64,000 bases of DNA from positions 18,272,001 through 18,336,000 of the forward strand of contig CP086569.2 in the NCBI GenBank assembly GCA_009914755.4. Direction: 5' to 3'. Within the stretch, counting starts at the first letter, position 1. Each line of letters opens with the position of its first letter. The position numbers and the translations under genes are program-made. Under the pieces are notes generated by a model. The model saw only the letters and a list, made by a program, of their open reading frames with translations, was not told where the DNA came from and did no database searches. This document shows positions 15,279 to 29,744 of this stretch, in pieces. Origin of the DNA: the human T2T-CHM13v2.0 reference genome, Homo sapiens.

Positions 15279-15576
15279 GGTTGGGTGCAGTGGCTCAGTC
15301 CTGTAATCCCAGCACTTTGGAAGACCGAGGTAGGAGGATCACTTGATGTCAGGAATTCGAGATCAGCCTGGCCAATATGGTGAAACCTTGTCTCTACTGA
15401 AAGTACAAAAAAATTGCCCAGGTGTGGTGGTGGGCGTCTGTAATCCCAGCTACTCAGGAGGCTGATGCAGGAGAACTGCTTGGACCAGGGAGGTGGAGGT
15501 TATAGTGAGCCAAGGTCACTGCCACTGCACTCCAGCCAGAGTCTCAATAAATAAATAGATAAATAAATAAATAAGA
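15279..15576 (+). mobile_element. Alu SINE with (TAAA)n tail
   Basis: ggttgggtgcagtggctcagtcctgtaatcccagcactttggaagaccgaggtaggaggatcacttgatgtcaggaattcgagatcagcctggccaatatggtgaaacc ... gccactgcactccagccagagtctcaataaataaatagataaataaataaataag. Confidence 0.95.
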
Positions 15577-16261
15577 AAAAAGGAAAAAGGAAATGTACTG
15601 GTCTAACACAAAGGTAGTAGTTAATTTCTTAACATAGGAAATGACTTCATTGCTGACACCATGTTAATTATTGTTATAAAATCTCAAAATAGACAAAGAA
15701 AAAATAATATCAACTCTACAAGGAAAAACTACTGAAAATATTTGAAGTGGAAGAATCTCCTTGTTTTCTTCAATGTATTTTCAATAAGATTTGACCTCAA
15801 GGTAGGGTCTGGCTTTCAGAACTTCCATGCATCTGCTGTCTTCATCGATACAGGCAAATATCACAACTGGTGTTATTTTCTTCTGCTATGTCCCTACAGT
15901 TTTTTTATCTGGAGGAAAATGGGTACAGTTTCAAACAGATGTTGGCAGTAGCCAACCAGAAAAGCCCTAAAAGTATGCCAGTGGATGGAAGGGGGCCCCA
16001 GAGTATTCTAGGGAATCTCAGTGACTCAGTGAAGTAAGGAGCCAGTCTTTCTAGTCTGCATTAATGAATAAGAAAGAAACTGAATAAGGCAGAGCATAGA
16101 AAGACTCATTTCAAAGGAATCCTGCACTAGGGAGCTCCAAATAGCACTGCAGTATAAAGCTTTATCAGACAACATAGCATGCCCACTGTTCATTCATAGA
16201 TGGTTATGGCAAAGGCATAGATGATGGATATAGAAATAAAGATAGTTATAAATAGATATAT

Positions 16262-16672
16262 GCATTAGTCCATTCTTGCATTGGTATAAAGAAATTCCTG
16301 TGGAAAGGTGATTTATAAGAAAAGAAGCTAAATTTTCTTATGGCTCTGCAGGCTGTACAGGAAGTGTGGTACTGGCACATGCTCAGCTTCTGGGCGGCCT
16401 CAGAGAACTTTTACTCATGGCAGAAGGCAAAGCAGGAGCCGGCATGTCTCATGACAAAAGCAGCAGAAAGAAATAGAGAGTGGGGTAGGGAGGAAGTGTC
16501 ACAGACTTAAACAAGCAGATCTCATAAGAACTCACACACTATTTCAAGGACAGCACCAAGCCATGAGAAATCTGTCTTCATGACCTGAAGACCTCCTACC
16601 AGGCCCCACTCCAACACTGAGGTTTAAAATTCAACATGAGATTTGGCAGGGACACATATCTAATCTATATCA
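16262..16672 (-). mobile_element. MaLR LTR (THE1/MST-like), near full length
   Basis: Reverse-complement match along the THE1/MST consensus: cattagtccattcttgcattggtataaagaaattcctgtggaaaggtgatttataagaaaagaagctaaattttcttatggctctgcaggctgtacagg ... ccaggccccactccaacactgaggtttaaaattcaacatgagatttggcagggacacatatctaatctatatca. Confidence 0.7.
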
Positions 16673-17094
16673 TGTGGTTATATAGACTTAGATATATTCT
16701 TATAAATAGATTTAGACTCATGGGGTGCATAATGACATTTATGTCAACAGAGAAGCATAGATATGAGAGTGGTTCTGTAAGATTATGAGACCATATTTTT
16801 ACAATACCTTTTCTCTGTTTTACAATACTTTTCTCTACAACCACCTTGCAATATGTTTCAGCACAGAAATAATTACCATAGTGTTACAACTGCCTATAGT
16901 ATTTAGTATAAGAACATGCTGTACAGTCTTGTAGCCTAGGAGCAATAAGCTATACCATACAGCCTAGGTATGTAGTAGGCTGTCCCATCTTGGTTTGTGT
17001 AAGTGCATACTAGGATATTCCCTTGATGACAGAGTCAGCCTAACAACTCATTTTTCAGAACATATTCCTATTGTTAAGTGATAGATGACTGTAG

Positions 17095-18135
17095 TTATTT
17101 AGATATAGATAGATATAAATATAACTACATAGATAAAGGTATAGACATAGATAATAGAGATTAGATATAGATACTGTTACAAATATATAAATAAATGAAT
17201 ACATATATAGATATATGTATGGGTATGTTTATGACTATAGATATGGATATGTTTATAGATACAGATGTCATCATAGATAGATATATATGTGGAGATAGAG
17301 ATACAGATGTATAGATACATAGGTATTTGGGTAGATATGGTAATATAGATGTAGATATATAGATATATACATATAGGTATCAGCATAGATATGTAGATAT
17401 ATAGACATAGATGTAATTAAAATATAGCTATATTTATAGATAGAGATGTAGTCATAGATATAGCTGTAATTAGAGATATGTTTATAGATATAGATGTGGT
17501 TATAGATTAGATATATTTATAGTTGTAGTAATAAATATAGATGTATTATAGAAATAGATACAGATGTAGTTATATATAGTTTATATGTAGTTATAGATAT
17601 AGATGTAGTTATAGATAGATTTATAGTTATAGATGTAGTTATATAGATGTAGTTTAGATAGATTTATACTTATAGATGTAGTTATAGATATATTAATATT
17701 TATAGATGTAGTAATAGATATAGATGTAGTTACAGATATAGATACTGATGTAGTTACATAGTTAGAGTTTATATTTAGTTATAGACATAGATGTAGTTAT
17801 AGATATATTTATAGTTATAGATGCAGTTATATAGATGTAGTTATAGATATATTGATATAGATGTAGTTATAGATATATTCATAGTTATGGATATAGTTAT
17901 AGATGTACTTATAGATAAAGTATAGTGTAGATATGCTTGCAGTTATAGATGTATAGATATAGATGTAGTCATAGTTTTAGAAGTAGATGTAGTTATAGGT
18001 GTAGTTATAGATATGGTAATAGATATAGATGTAATACAGATATAGATGCAGTTATAGATATAGACATAGTTACAGTTATAAATGTAATTATAGATATAGA
18101 TGTAGTCATAATTATAGATGTATAGACAGTTACTA
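17095..18135. repeat. Degenerate minisatellite, ~1 kb, unit ~18 bp (GATGTAGTTATAGATATA-like)
   Basis: Dozens of imperfect tandem units such as atagatgtagttatagatat and atagatgcagttatagatat. Track ORFs 17177-17386 and 17943-18155 are YIYI-type low-complexity artefacts of this repeat. Confidence 0.85.
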
Positions 18136-18451
18136 CTTTTACCATTACTCTTCATGGAAAAACCACAATTACTTTTGCATCAACCTAATGTATTCTATAT
18201 GATCTTAATTAAATAAGTGTGTTCTTTTCCTTATATTTGAAAATTTGTTCTGTGCATTTGAATATTTTTATCTCTAATCATACTTAGAAATCAATTCTAT
18301 TTGGACAGTTACTTCTTAGGAATGAAAACAAAAATGGACCTTTAAGAAATATTGAGAATAAAAGGTTGACCGATCTGTTGTGCATTATAGTCTTGTAAAT
18401 TCAGGAGGAGCAGTTCCCAAGTGTTAACTGTGGCTCCACTATTTTTGGGTG

Positions 18452-18478
18452 GACACACACACACACGCACACACACAC
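18452..18478. repeat. (CA)n microsatellite
   Basis: cacacacacacgcacacacacaca. Confidence 0.85.
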
Positions 18479-18833
18479 AATCATGATCCTACTCATCCCA
18501 CATCTCTGTCTCCAGAAAGACAGCCAATGTATTAGTGCAATATAATGAACAAGTAGGTAAGTAGGTACCTACCTGCTTTGCTTCCTCTAGCTGATGAATG
18601 AAAATTTTAATGTAAGAAACAAAATTTCAGTCCTCTCATTGACTCAGTTCTAACAAAATTGATGATTCTGACTCAATCAACAGAGAAATGAATAAAGTAC
18701 AAAAATTAGTGAAGCTGATGCTATTTTCCCAAAAATCTTCCCTTACGATTATACACCAAAAATATTTAAGAACAGATAATTAATGTTTTTAAAAAGAGGG
18801 TTTCTCTGTGCAAATATTCTCAACAGTACTGTA

Positions 18834-19115
18834 TTTTTTTTTAAGACATCATCTAGCTCTGTCACCCAGGCTGGAGTGCAGTGGCACAATTTCGGCTCAC
18901 TGCAACCCGAGTTCAAGTGATTCTCCTGCCTCAGTCTCCAGAGTAGCTAGGAATACAGGGACCCACCACCATACCTGGCTAATTTTTTATATTTTAGTAG
19001 AAACGGGGTTTCACCATGCTGCCCAGGCTAGTCTTGAACTTGTGAGCTCAGGCAATCCGCCCACCTTGGCCTCCCAAAGTGTTATGATTACAGGCATGAG
19101 CCACTGTGCCCAGCC
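18834..19115 (-). mobile_element. Alu SINE
   Basis: tttttttttaagacatcatctagctctgtcacccaggctggagtgcagtggcacaatttcggctcactgcaacc ... cctcccaaagtgttatgattacaggcatgagccactgtgcccagcc. Confidence 0.95.
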
Positions 19116-19671
19116 AATACTATTGTATTTTAAGTCAGCAATATAGTGACAAGGCAAAAGGAGTAAGGAAAATATTATTATGCAATACAGTTACAAGAAC
19201 TGCAATTTCTATTACAATGGTAAATTGGACTCTCAATATATTCAACTTTCTTCAGTTCTCCCAAACCTCAATCCCACACACCCATCATAGTGCTTAATGA
19301 ATCCCTCTTCTCTTCTACAGTTCTGTAAAGACGTGTCATTATTTGGTGTTCATTTTCTTAAATAGCATTTCCTCTCCTGCCTTCTATCAGCACAACTACT
19401 GAAAGTACTTTTAATGTTTGTTGCTAAGTAGCTTAAAACTTTTGCAGTACCTTTTTATGAGAATTCACAGCCATGTGACTGTATCCCTGAATTCCCTGGG
19501 TGACATTGTTTCTTTGTCACCTAGCAACTGCTATGAAGAAAAAGTGAGTAAGAGACAAACATTGGTTGAGTTACATTTTAGAGATGGAGGATTGCTTGTT
19601 ACTGAAGCATCACCTTGTGTATCTGATAGATATATCACTGTTCTGAAGTTGTACAATGGCACCTTGGAACT

Positions 19672-20040
19672 TGATATAGTTTGACCATGTCCCCATGAAA
19701 ACCTCATCTTGAATTGCAACTACCATAATCCCCATGTGTCACTGGAGGGACAAAATGGGAGGTAATTGAATCAGGAGAGCTAGTCTTTCCTGTGCTGCTC
19801 TTATGATAGTTAATAAGTCTTAGGAGAGCTGATGCTTTTATAAAGCAGAGTTTCGCTGTACACACTCTCTTACCTGCCGCCATATAAGATGTGACTATTT
19901 TGTTCCTCATTTGCCTTCCACCATAATTGTGAGGACTTCCCAGCCATGTGGAACTGTGAGTTCATTAAACCTCTATCCTTTATAAATTACCCAGTCTTCA
20001 GTATGTCTCTATTAGCAACATAAGAACAGTCTAATACACA
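19672..20040 (+). mobile_element. MaLR LTR (THE1/MST-like), full-length solo LTR
   Basis: Starts tgatatagtttgaccatgtccccatgaaaacctcatcttgaattgcaactaccataatccccatgtgtcactggagggacaaaatgggaggtaattgaatcagg and ends ...cctctatcctttataaattacccagtcttcagtatgtctctattagcaacataagaacagtctaatacaca. Collinear with the THE1 consensus from 5' TG to 3' CA. Confidence 0.8.
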
Positions 20041-20335
20041 ACTCATCTAAGAAATCCCTCAAACTCTGTGACTATTCATAGCATGTATTACTGTGTCTTC
20101 TGTTTTAAATTTGCATCTTCTTCTTTTGGGTACTCTCAAAGTCTCAGAACTCACTGCTTTTACACCCTGCCCAACATCACTGTTTGAAAATCTGCAAGTT
20201 GAATACAGTGTTTAAGTAATTCACTCTAAAGTATCAATAATATTAATACAAGGGACTACTCATTCAAGACTTTTTTGGTTATTCAGGAATTTATTAACAT
20301 GACATAATTTCTTACTATGGTATAAATGTTTCTGT

Positions 20336-20645
20336 TCCCTCAAAATTCATATGTTGAAAACCTAATAATCTATGTGATTGGTTTATGAGGTGGGGCCTTT
20401 TGGAGGTGAAGAAGTCATGACCGATTGGAGACCTTCTAAAAGTTACCCCAGAAAGCTTCCCTGCCCCTTCTACCATTTGAGGATTCAGAGAGAGTTCAGC
20501 AGTCTGCAACCCAGAAGGTGACACTTATCAGAAACTGACCATGCTGACACCCTGGTCTTAAACTTCTCAGGCAACAGAACTGTCAGAAATAAATGTCTAT
20601 TGTTCATGAATTACCCAGTTTATGATATTTTGTAATAGCACCTTG
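20336..20645 (+). mobile_element. MaLR LTR (MLT1-like)
   Basis: tccctcaaaattcatatgttgaaaacctaataatctatgtgattggtttatgaggtggggccttttggaggtgaag ... tcagaaataaatgtctattgttcatgaattacccagtttatgatattttgtaatagcacc follows the MLT1-type LTR layout. Confidence 0.55.
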
Positions 20646-21230
20646 TATTAGTCAGGGTTCTCTAGAGGGACAGAACTAATAGGATAGATGTATATATTAA
20701 AGGGAGTTTATTAGGGAGTATCGACTCAAATGATCACAAGGTGAAGTCTCATATAGGCCTTCTGCAAGTTAAGGAGCAAGGAAGCCAGTAGTGTCTCAGT
20801 CCAAGTCCCAAAAGCAGGGAAGCTAAGAGTGCAGCCTTCAGTCTGTGACTGAAGGCCTACAAGCCCCTGGCCACCACTGGTGTAAGTACAAGAGTCCAGA
20901 ATCCAAAGAACTTTGATTCTGATGTTCAAAGGCAGAAAACATCCAGCATGGGAGAAAGACAAAGACCAGAAGACTCAGAAAATCCGCCTCTTCCACCTTC
21001 TTCTAACTGCTTTTTGTAATCAGCTGGCAGCCAATTGGATGGTGCCCACCACCTTGAAGGTAGGTCTTTCTGAAGGTGGTTTTTCCTCTCCCTGACTCAA
21101 ATGTTAATCTCTTCTGGCAACACTCAGAGACATCCAGATACAGTCAGAAACAATACTTTGCATCCTTCAATCTAATCAAGTTGGCAATTAATATTAATCA
21201 TCACACAGTCCAAATGGACTAAGCCAATAT
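20644..21230 (-). mobile_element. MaLR LTR (MST/MLT-like), abutting the previous LTR
   Basis: Begins ttgtattagtcagggttctctagagggacagaactaatagg, the reverse complement of a MaLR LTR 3' terminus (...gagaacggactaatacac). Continues ...caaatgatcacaaggtgaagtctcatataggccttctgcaagttaaggagcaaggaagccagtagtgtctcagtccaagtcc... Confidence 0.5.
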
Positions 21231-22744
21231 TAAATTCCAATAGTTAAATTCAGCTCTATGAGGACAAAGACTTTGAGTGTACATAACTATGTGACCTATT
21301 GTTTTCAAATCCTTTGGATACATACCTAGATGTGGGGATCATATAGTAATTCTATTTTTAGGTTTTTGAGAAAACTCCATGAGGCTTTATAATGCCTGTA
21401 AAGTTTACATGCCCAACAAAAGTAAATGGTGTGTTTCAAAACTGTAAGAGAGTGCATTTTGAATGTTGTCATGACCAAAAAAAAAATTCAATGTAATAAA
21501 TATGTTATTTAGTTTGATTTTAAGCATTTTATACATATATCACAAAATCACTCAAATCCATAAATATATAAATATATGTCATTATAATTTGCCAATTTAT
21601 AAGAAAATAATATTTTTAAAAAAGACTTCTTTACAATAAAAAAGATTTTGAGAAATTTGCCCCTCAAGGTACATGAGAATATGCAAGAAGAATTAGTGTT
21701 ACTTAAGATTATCAATTCAAGTTTTCATCCATGTTTAGTTAAATCTGAATGTTCTTTTAAATCTTATTTTTGGAATGAAATGATCAATATAGAAAAATTA
21801 AACTTTTTAAATATATATATGTATTAGTATGTAAGATTTATGTCATATCTGTATAATTTCATTCAAATTACCTGAACAGAACATGGGTTGTGGTGAAAAT
21901 TTATAAAATGGGATTACTACCCCTGGTTTCTTATTGAAATGAGGTTTCCAACCCAAAAGCTTCAAATTTTAACAGGAAAACGCTATGCATTATGTAACAA
22001 AAGCACCTAGACAGTTATGGTAAAGCTGATAGAGCTTGAAGATAAAATAAAATTTTACTCTGTAATAACATCAATTCCTAATAGCACTTTTTCATATTTT
22101 AAGTGAAAATATTATGCTTTTTAAAGAGAAGATGCTATAAGGAAATATAAATGATAGGCTTTCACACAAAAAAATGTTTGCTGGCAATATCCAGAAATGG
22201 GTATTAAAATGGACACAATGCATTTTACTACAGCCATGAGCTATGTAAGACATGATGTTCTTCTTAGTTTACTGTGTTGGGCAAGGCCCAGTGTTTCAAT
22301 TCAGTTGAATCTGACTTTCACTCATTATTTAAATATGTTCCTTAATCTGCTTGAATCTTAGTTCACATATGCAAAATAGAAGTAAGCTAAATTTGATAGA
22401 CATACATTGTAGAGCTTAGTTACAAGGCTCATACGTGGTCAAAGAGGGAGAAATGTGAGATGGAAAAGATATGCCCTGCATGGAAAACTGTTCCTTGTGA
22501 ATAATCCAACTTTCCGGGTCCTGAGGAGAATCAATTTTTACTTGAAGTCTATCATGTGAAGACAGGTTGTAGAAAACACTTACAAAACGAATTGGACATA
22601 CCAAAGAGGTGACTGAGTCTCCTTTAGTAGGGGAGAAGGAAGTTAAATAGAAGTTGGAGACAAGATTGCCCCAGTTCTTGGCTGCAAACCTGAGTTTTTT
22701 TTAATGGGGGTAAAGCAGAATCATTTTACTTATCATGGATGACA

Positions 22745-24010
<1,266 letters not shown>

Positions 24011-24123
24011 GCACAAAGTTAACCATGAAAGTTTCACTTGAAAGCTACACTTTTCAGCTTTATTGTACAGTTTCCAGCTTCACTGAGGCATAATTTACAT
24101 AAAACACCTTTTAAAGTATAAGT

Positions 24124-24439
<316 letters not shown>

Positions 24440-25630
24440 TAAATTTTATGAGTTCTATTAATTTTACTATTCTGTGTAACCCCTGCCAATCAAGACAAAC
24501 CAGCTGGAACACCCTAACACATTTCTTTATTCTTCTTGCAGTCAATCCTTTTACATGACTCCCTGCCCCAGAGAAGCACAGATGCATTCCCCATTCCTCT
24601 GGTTTTGCCTTTTCTAGAATTTCATATAAATAGCATCTTGCATGTAGGCAGACTTTTGTGCATGATTTATTTCATTCAACATAGTGTTTTTTTAAGATTT
24701 ATCTACGTTGTCTCACTAATTGTTTTGCTTTTGATTTGTTGAAGAATTTTCATTGCAGGAAATGTATAAATTAAATATGTTTATTCATTGACTAGTTGAT
24801 GGATCTATGGTTGTTTTTCTTTTAATTTTGTGAATAAAGCTGCTTTGAATTCATGTACAAGTTTTTGTAGGTGTATGTTTTCATGTTTCTTTGATAGACA
24901 CTTAGAAGTGGGATTTTAGTATTTTGTGATTAGTGCATGATACAACCTCAGTCTTTCAAATAGATAAAACATTTATGAACAGTTGATTTCTTGCAGATTA
25001 TATTTCTTATATCTCCTCTAAAATGTTAGCAAACAGTGATGTTACTATTAAGGATTTGATAGCCTAAGAAGATGTTCTAAAATTAGAATTATATTACTTG
25101 ATGTGTTAAATGTACTTTATATTAACTCCATATGGTCAGTCAAATATTTATCTGAGAATAAGAGTACACCAGCATTTAATTTCTTCAATCACCACAGAAG
25201 TTTCTAGATTGTTTACATTGGCATCAACAGGATAGTATTGCAAACATACATCTCCAGTCAATGGTATGACCTAAATGTCCACCAATAGGTGGACATATGT
25301 AAAATTTCAACATATGTTAAATGTGTGTATTTTCAAGAAAGGTAGTTCCTTTAAAATACCCTATTTCATTCTAGACCACAGAGTGTATGTAAAAAAATGC
25401 AAGCTTATTATAAGCATCTTTGAAGTGTTTGTTCTATCCCTTTAGAGTACATAGTGAATAATTTTGGAGACTGGGTGACTATTTTTCATTCACCAGTTTC
25501 TTTTTCTCCAATTTTTCCTGTGTGACACTGATTCTTTTTATTCAGCAAAATAATGACTAACACTTTGAATACTTATTTTAAACCAATAAACAGAGACATA
25601 GGTTGTTGTTTGTTTATTAGGTTATTATGT

Positions 25631-25905
25631 TTTATTTATTTATTTATTTATTTTGAGACAAGGTATCGCTCTATCACCCATGCTGGAGTGCAGTGGCATA
25701 ATCACAGCTCACTGCTGCATCTATTTCCCAGGCTCAAAAGATCCTCCAACCTCAGCCTCCAGAAGAGCTAGGACTACAGGCCTACATCTCAAAACCAGCC
25801 TTTTTTGTGTGTGTGCTTTTTGGAGAGATGAGGTTTTTCCATGTTGCCCAGGCCTGTCTCAAAGTCCTGGACTCAAGCAATCCTCCCATTTTGGCCTCCA
25901 AAAGT
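25631..25905 (-). mobile_element. Alu SINE (diverged, slightly truncated)
   Basis: tttatttatttatttattttgagacaaggtatcgctctatcacccatgctggagtgcagtggcataatcacagctcactgc ... ctcaagcaatcctcccattttggcctccaaaagtg. Confidence 0.85.
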
Positions 25906-26587
25906 GAAGATCTATTTTTTAAAGATGTGGATTCCTTCTGCAAGCCAATAGGATGAAGAACATTTAAAAATATAAATATGGCTTTGAAATTGTCAGAGTT
26001 CATCATTCTTCAATGTGACTCACTTATTAGGCACATTATTTGCTTCCTCACATTGTGTATTCCCAAAATGCTGATTTTATTGTGGGTGTGATTGTTGGTA
26101 TATGACTGTCTGATTAGAAACCATGAAAAAGTATTCAGTTCAACTTTTCTATGTTGTATATATTTACTGATTGTGAATAGATTACCATGTCATTTCTTGA
26201 GTTCAGAAGTGGCCAAAAGTACCCATGTGAAAAATTACATTTTTAAGTAAAACAATTATGCCATACTTGCACATTTATCTTTTCCCTCAAATGTAATTCA
26301 ATACAATGTTTTACACCACCAATGAAAGTCACCATAATGGTACCTTTCCTTTTGCAAGGCAAGTTATAATCTGATTATCATCCTTGATTGAACAAGTTAA
26401 ATCTAACTGAATCTTCTTTAGTCAGGGAAAGATTATGTTGTACCCTCTATCCGACGATGATTTTCTTGGAAAAGGCAGGCCAATATAAAGTATTAAAAGA
26501 ATTAGTTGTTGTACTGTTTAAATATGTAATTTCAAGCACTGTTTACAGAATTCTCAATTTGTGGGGTCCCCAACGGCTAATGGTTGA

Positions 26588-26938
<351 letters not shown>

Positions 26939-27623
26939 TTATTTCTTCATTAAACTAGGGCAGGAGAGAAATAAGGGTTTAGAAAATAATTAACTTTAAA
27001 AATATCCTTAAATTAATAACTCTTTTTTCATTTTTAAAAATCCCCTGAGCATAAGAATACATGAGCGCTTTCCATTTTAAATGAATTTTTATCTTTTCGA
27101 TGTTTATTAAGATGTTACAGGATTTGCCGTTTAATCCAGAAGTTGTTCTATCATCAGAAAATAACATGCTACTAAAGAAAACGTAAACTTATTGGATAAA
27201 TTCACAGATATATATTGTGTAGATTCTAAAAGCTGATCTATATTTATTACATTATATTTGCTTTTAAAACCTACTACTTATGGCTTCAGGAAAAAATTCC
27301 CAGGTTATTTTTTTTCTAATCTTGTTTTATTCTCCTGAGATTGATAAGTAACTTATTTATCATGACTAATCTATCATGGCATGGCACATGTTGCAAATGT
27401 ACTCCACATTTTGAGAGTAATATTGATGTATGGATACTTTTAGGCCGTATGGCTATGAGGAAAACTCAATGATCTGGTCGAATACTTCACAAAAAAATGT
27501 TGCTTTGTTTTAGAATATAGTTATGTTTTAAATTTGAGATTGGTCTCTCTCTCTCTCTGTCTCTCTCTTATATGTATGTGTATGTATACATGTGTGTAGG
27601 ATATACATATCTATTAACTATTT

Positions 27624-28013
27624 ATATATCTGTCATTTACCCATTTCTATCTATAACTTTTCTAAGCATTTGGATATATACTTACAATTGAAAATTATTC
27701 TACAGTTTTATACATATATATCTAAATATATACATCTAATATATATATAAATATATATATATAATTATATATAAATATATATTTTATTATACACATAAAT
27801 AATATATTTATAAAAATATATTAGATATATTTAGATATATATGTTTAAATATATATATTTAATATACATTTAATATAGATATATATGTTTAAATATACAT
27901 ATGTTTAAATAGATATCTCTCTGTATATATAACTGTAGAATAATCTACAATTGAAAGTATATATCCAAATGCTTAGAAAAGTCATAGATAGAAATGGGTA
28001 AATGACAGATATA
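27624..28013. repeat. AT-rich palindrome: ~83-bp inverted-repeat arms around a ~225-bp (TA)n-rich spacer
   Basis: Left arm 27624-27706: tatatctgtcatttacccatttctatctataacttttctaagcatttggatatatacttacaattgaaaattattctacagtt. Right arm 27931-28013: aactgtagaataatctacaattgaaagtatatatccaaatgcttagaaaagtcatagatagaaatgggtaaatgacagatata. The arms are reverse complements with ~3 mismatches; the spacer is almost pure TA/TATAAA repeats. Confidence 0.85.
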
Positions 28014-28200
28014 TAAATATATATCTAAATATATATAGATATACATTTGACAGATATATATGACAAATATATAAATATATATCTAAATATATATAGATAT
28101 CTAAAATATAGATATCTAAATATATATAGATATCTAAAATATAGATATCTAAATATATATAGATATCTAAAATATAGATATCTAAATATATATATATATA
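28013..28200. repeat. AT-rich tandem repeat (~33-bp unit) next to the palindrome
   Basis: agatatctaaatatatatagatatctaaaatat repeated about 4 times. Track ORFs 27982-28269 (-) and 28047-28235 (+) are translations of this repeat. Confidence 0.85.
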
Positions 28201-28202
28201 TA

Positions 28203-28441
28203 GTTTTTCTTTTGTTGTTTGTTTTTGTTTGTTAATTTTTGACAAACAGGCTGGAGTGCTGTGGCGCAATCTCAGCTCACCGCACCTCTGCCTCCCAGGC
28301 TCAAAGGAGTTTCACGACTCGGCCTCCTCAGTGGCTGGAATTACAGGCCTGTGTCACCACATCTGGGTAAATTTTTTGTGTTTTTAGTAGAGATGAGGTT
28401 TTTCCACGTTGCCTAGGCAGATCTCAAATTCCTGGCCTCAA
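28203..28441 (-). mobile_element. Alu SINE (partial)
   Basis: acaggctggagtgctgtggcgcaatctcagctcaccgcacctctgcctcccaggctcaaaggag ... tttagtagagatgaggtttttccacgttgcctaggcagatctcaaattcctggcctcaag. Confidence 0.8.
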
Positions 28442-28749
28442 GTATGTTTGGTTTTTAAATCTTCCATAAATAGTACTAACCCATGTATATCTTCATATAA
28501 CTTGCTCTTTTAGCTTAACATTAGTTTTTTCAGGTATATTCATGTTGAGATGTGTGTGTGTGTGTGTTTGTGTGTGTTTATACACACACAGAGTATATTT
28601 TGTTTTTATATCTTCCATAAATTATATCAACCCATATATATCTTTACATAACTTTCTCTTTTAACTTAACATTAGATTTTGCAGGTATATTTGTGTTGAG
28701 ATGTGAGATTGTGTGTATGTGTGTGTGTGTGCTTATACCTACACAGAGT
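28442..28749. repeat. 2 x ~152-bp tandem duplication, each copy ending in a (GT)n-rich tract
   Basis: Copy 1 is ...aaatcttccataaatagtactaacccatgtatatcttcatataacttgctcttttagcttaacattagttttttcaggtatattcatgttgagatgtgtgtgtgtg...cacacacagag. Copy 2 is ...atatcttccataaattatatcaacccatatatatctttacataactttctcttttaacttaacattagattttgcaggtatatttgtgttgagatgtgagattgtgtgtatgtgtg...cctacacagag. Confidence 0.8.
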
Positions 28750-29577
28750 TTCCCCAAATACAGTGTTTTGATTTTATGATGGTGTAAAACTGATATGCAT
28801 TCAGGGGAAACCGTACTTAGATTTTTCAGTGCTGATCTTTTCCTGGGCTAGCAATATGTAGTAGGGCATTCTCTCCAGATGCTGGACAAGAGTAGGGAGC
28901 CAAAGCTCCCAGTCAGCCCTGAGATCATGAGGGTAAGCAATTTGACTCCACAGTGAAATGTGTTGCCAAATGGTTTTGTTCAACTGCAGGCTAATGTGAC
29001 TGTTCTTAGCACATTTTAAGGTACGCTGGTCAAAGTCATCATGTTCAGTAAGCTAAGTATATTCAGTGCATTTTCAATTTACAATATTTTCAACTTACAA
29101 TAGGTTTATCAGAATGCAACCCCATCATAGCCCATCAAAAAGCCTATGTACTTACATAAAGTCATACATTGCTTAATAAGGGGGATACACTCTGAGAAAT
29201 GCAACATTAGGTGGTTTTACCATCGTACAGACGTCATGGAGAGTACTTACACAAACATAGGTGACACACATATTTTCATTTATTTATGTTTTTATGTGAA
29301 AAGCTAAATTTCTCAGCACTATTGCTTAATATCAGTCATTTTCCCTACTTGATCTGCAATGCCAGTATCAAGTGTGATATATTAGGTTTCTGTGTATGCT
29401 TCATTATAACCTTTAACTTTTAGGACTATATATATAAATATGTATATGATATATATGAGATACACATTTCCACATATATGCATATACATACACATATATA
29501 CACACACATATACATAAAACAGTCTTTGCTTGATATGGCTCTATATTAATAAACAATAAGTATTTTATTTATTCCTC

Positions 29578-29744
29578 TTTTTTTTTTTCTGAGACAGGGT
29601 TTCACTCAGTTGCCAGACTGGAGTGCAGTGGCATTGTCATAGCTCACTACAGCCTCAACTTCTTGGGATAAGGTGATCCTCCAGTCTCAACCTCCCAAGT
29701 AGCTGGGACTGCAAGTACATACCACATCACAACATCTGGCTAAC
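29578..29744 (-). mobile_element. Alu SINE (3' half, diverged)
   Basis: tttttttttttctgagacagggtttcactcagttgccagactggagtgcagtggcattgtcatagctcactacagcctcaacttcttggg ... cctcccaagtagctgggactgcaagtacataccacatcacaacatctggctaa. Confidence 0.8.

Noticed and set aside
17095-18135. CRISPR-like array appearance of the 18-bp tandem repeat
   Set aside because: The units are degenerate and directly tandem with no unique spacers of constant length. There is no leader and there are no cas-like ORFs, and the organism is a primate. It is a minisatellite.
18808-19146. ORFs with SPRLECSG / SLELLTS motifs (also 25653-25907, 26655-26846, 51813-52094, 60276-60536, 50946-51266)
   Set aside because: These are the characteristic pseudo-peptides obtained by translating Alu elements in either orientation.
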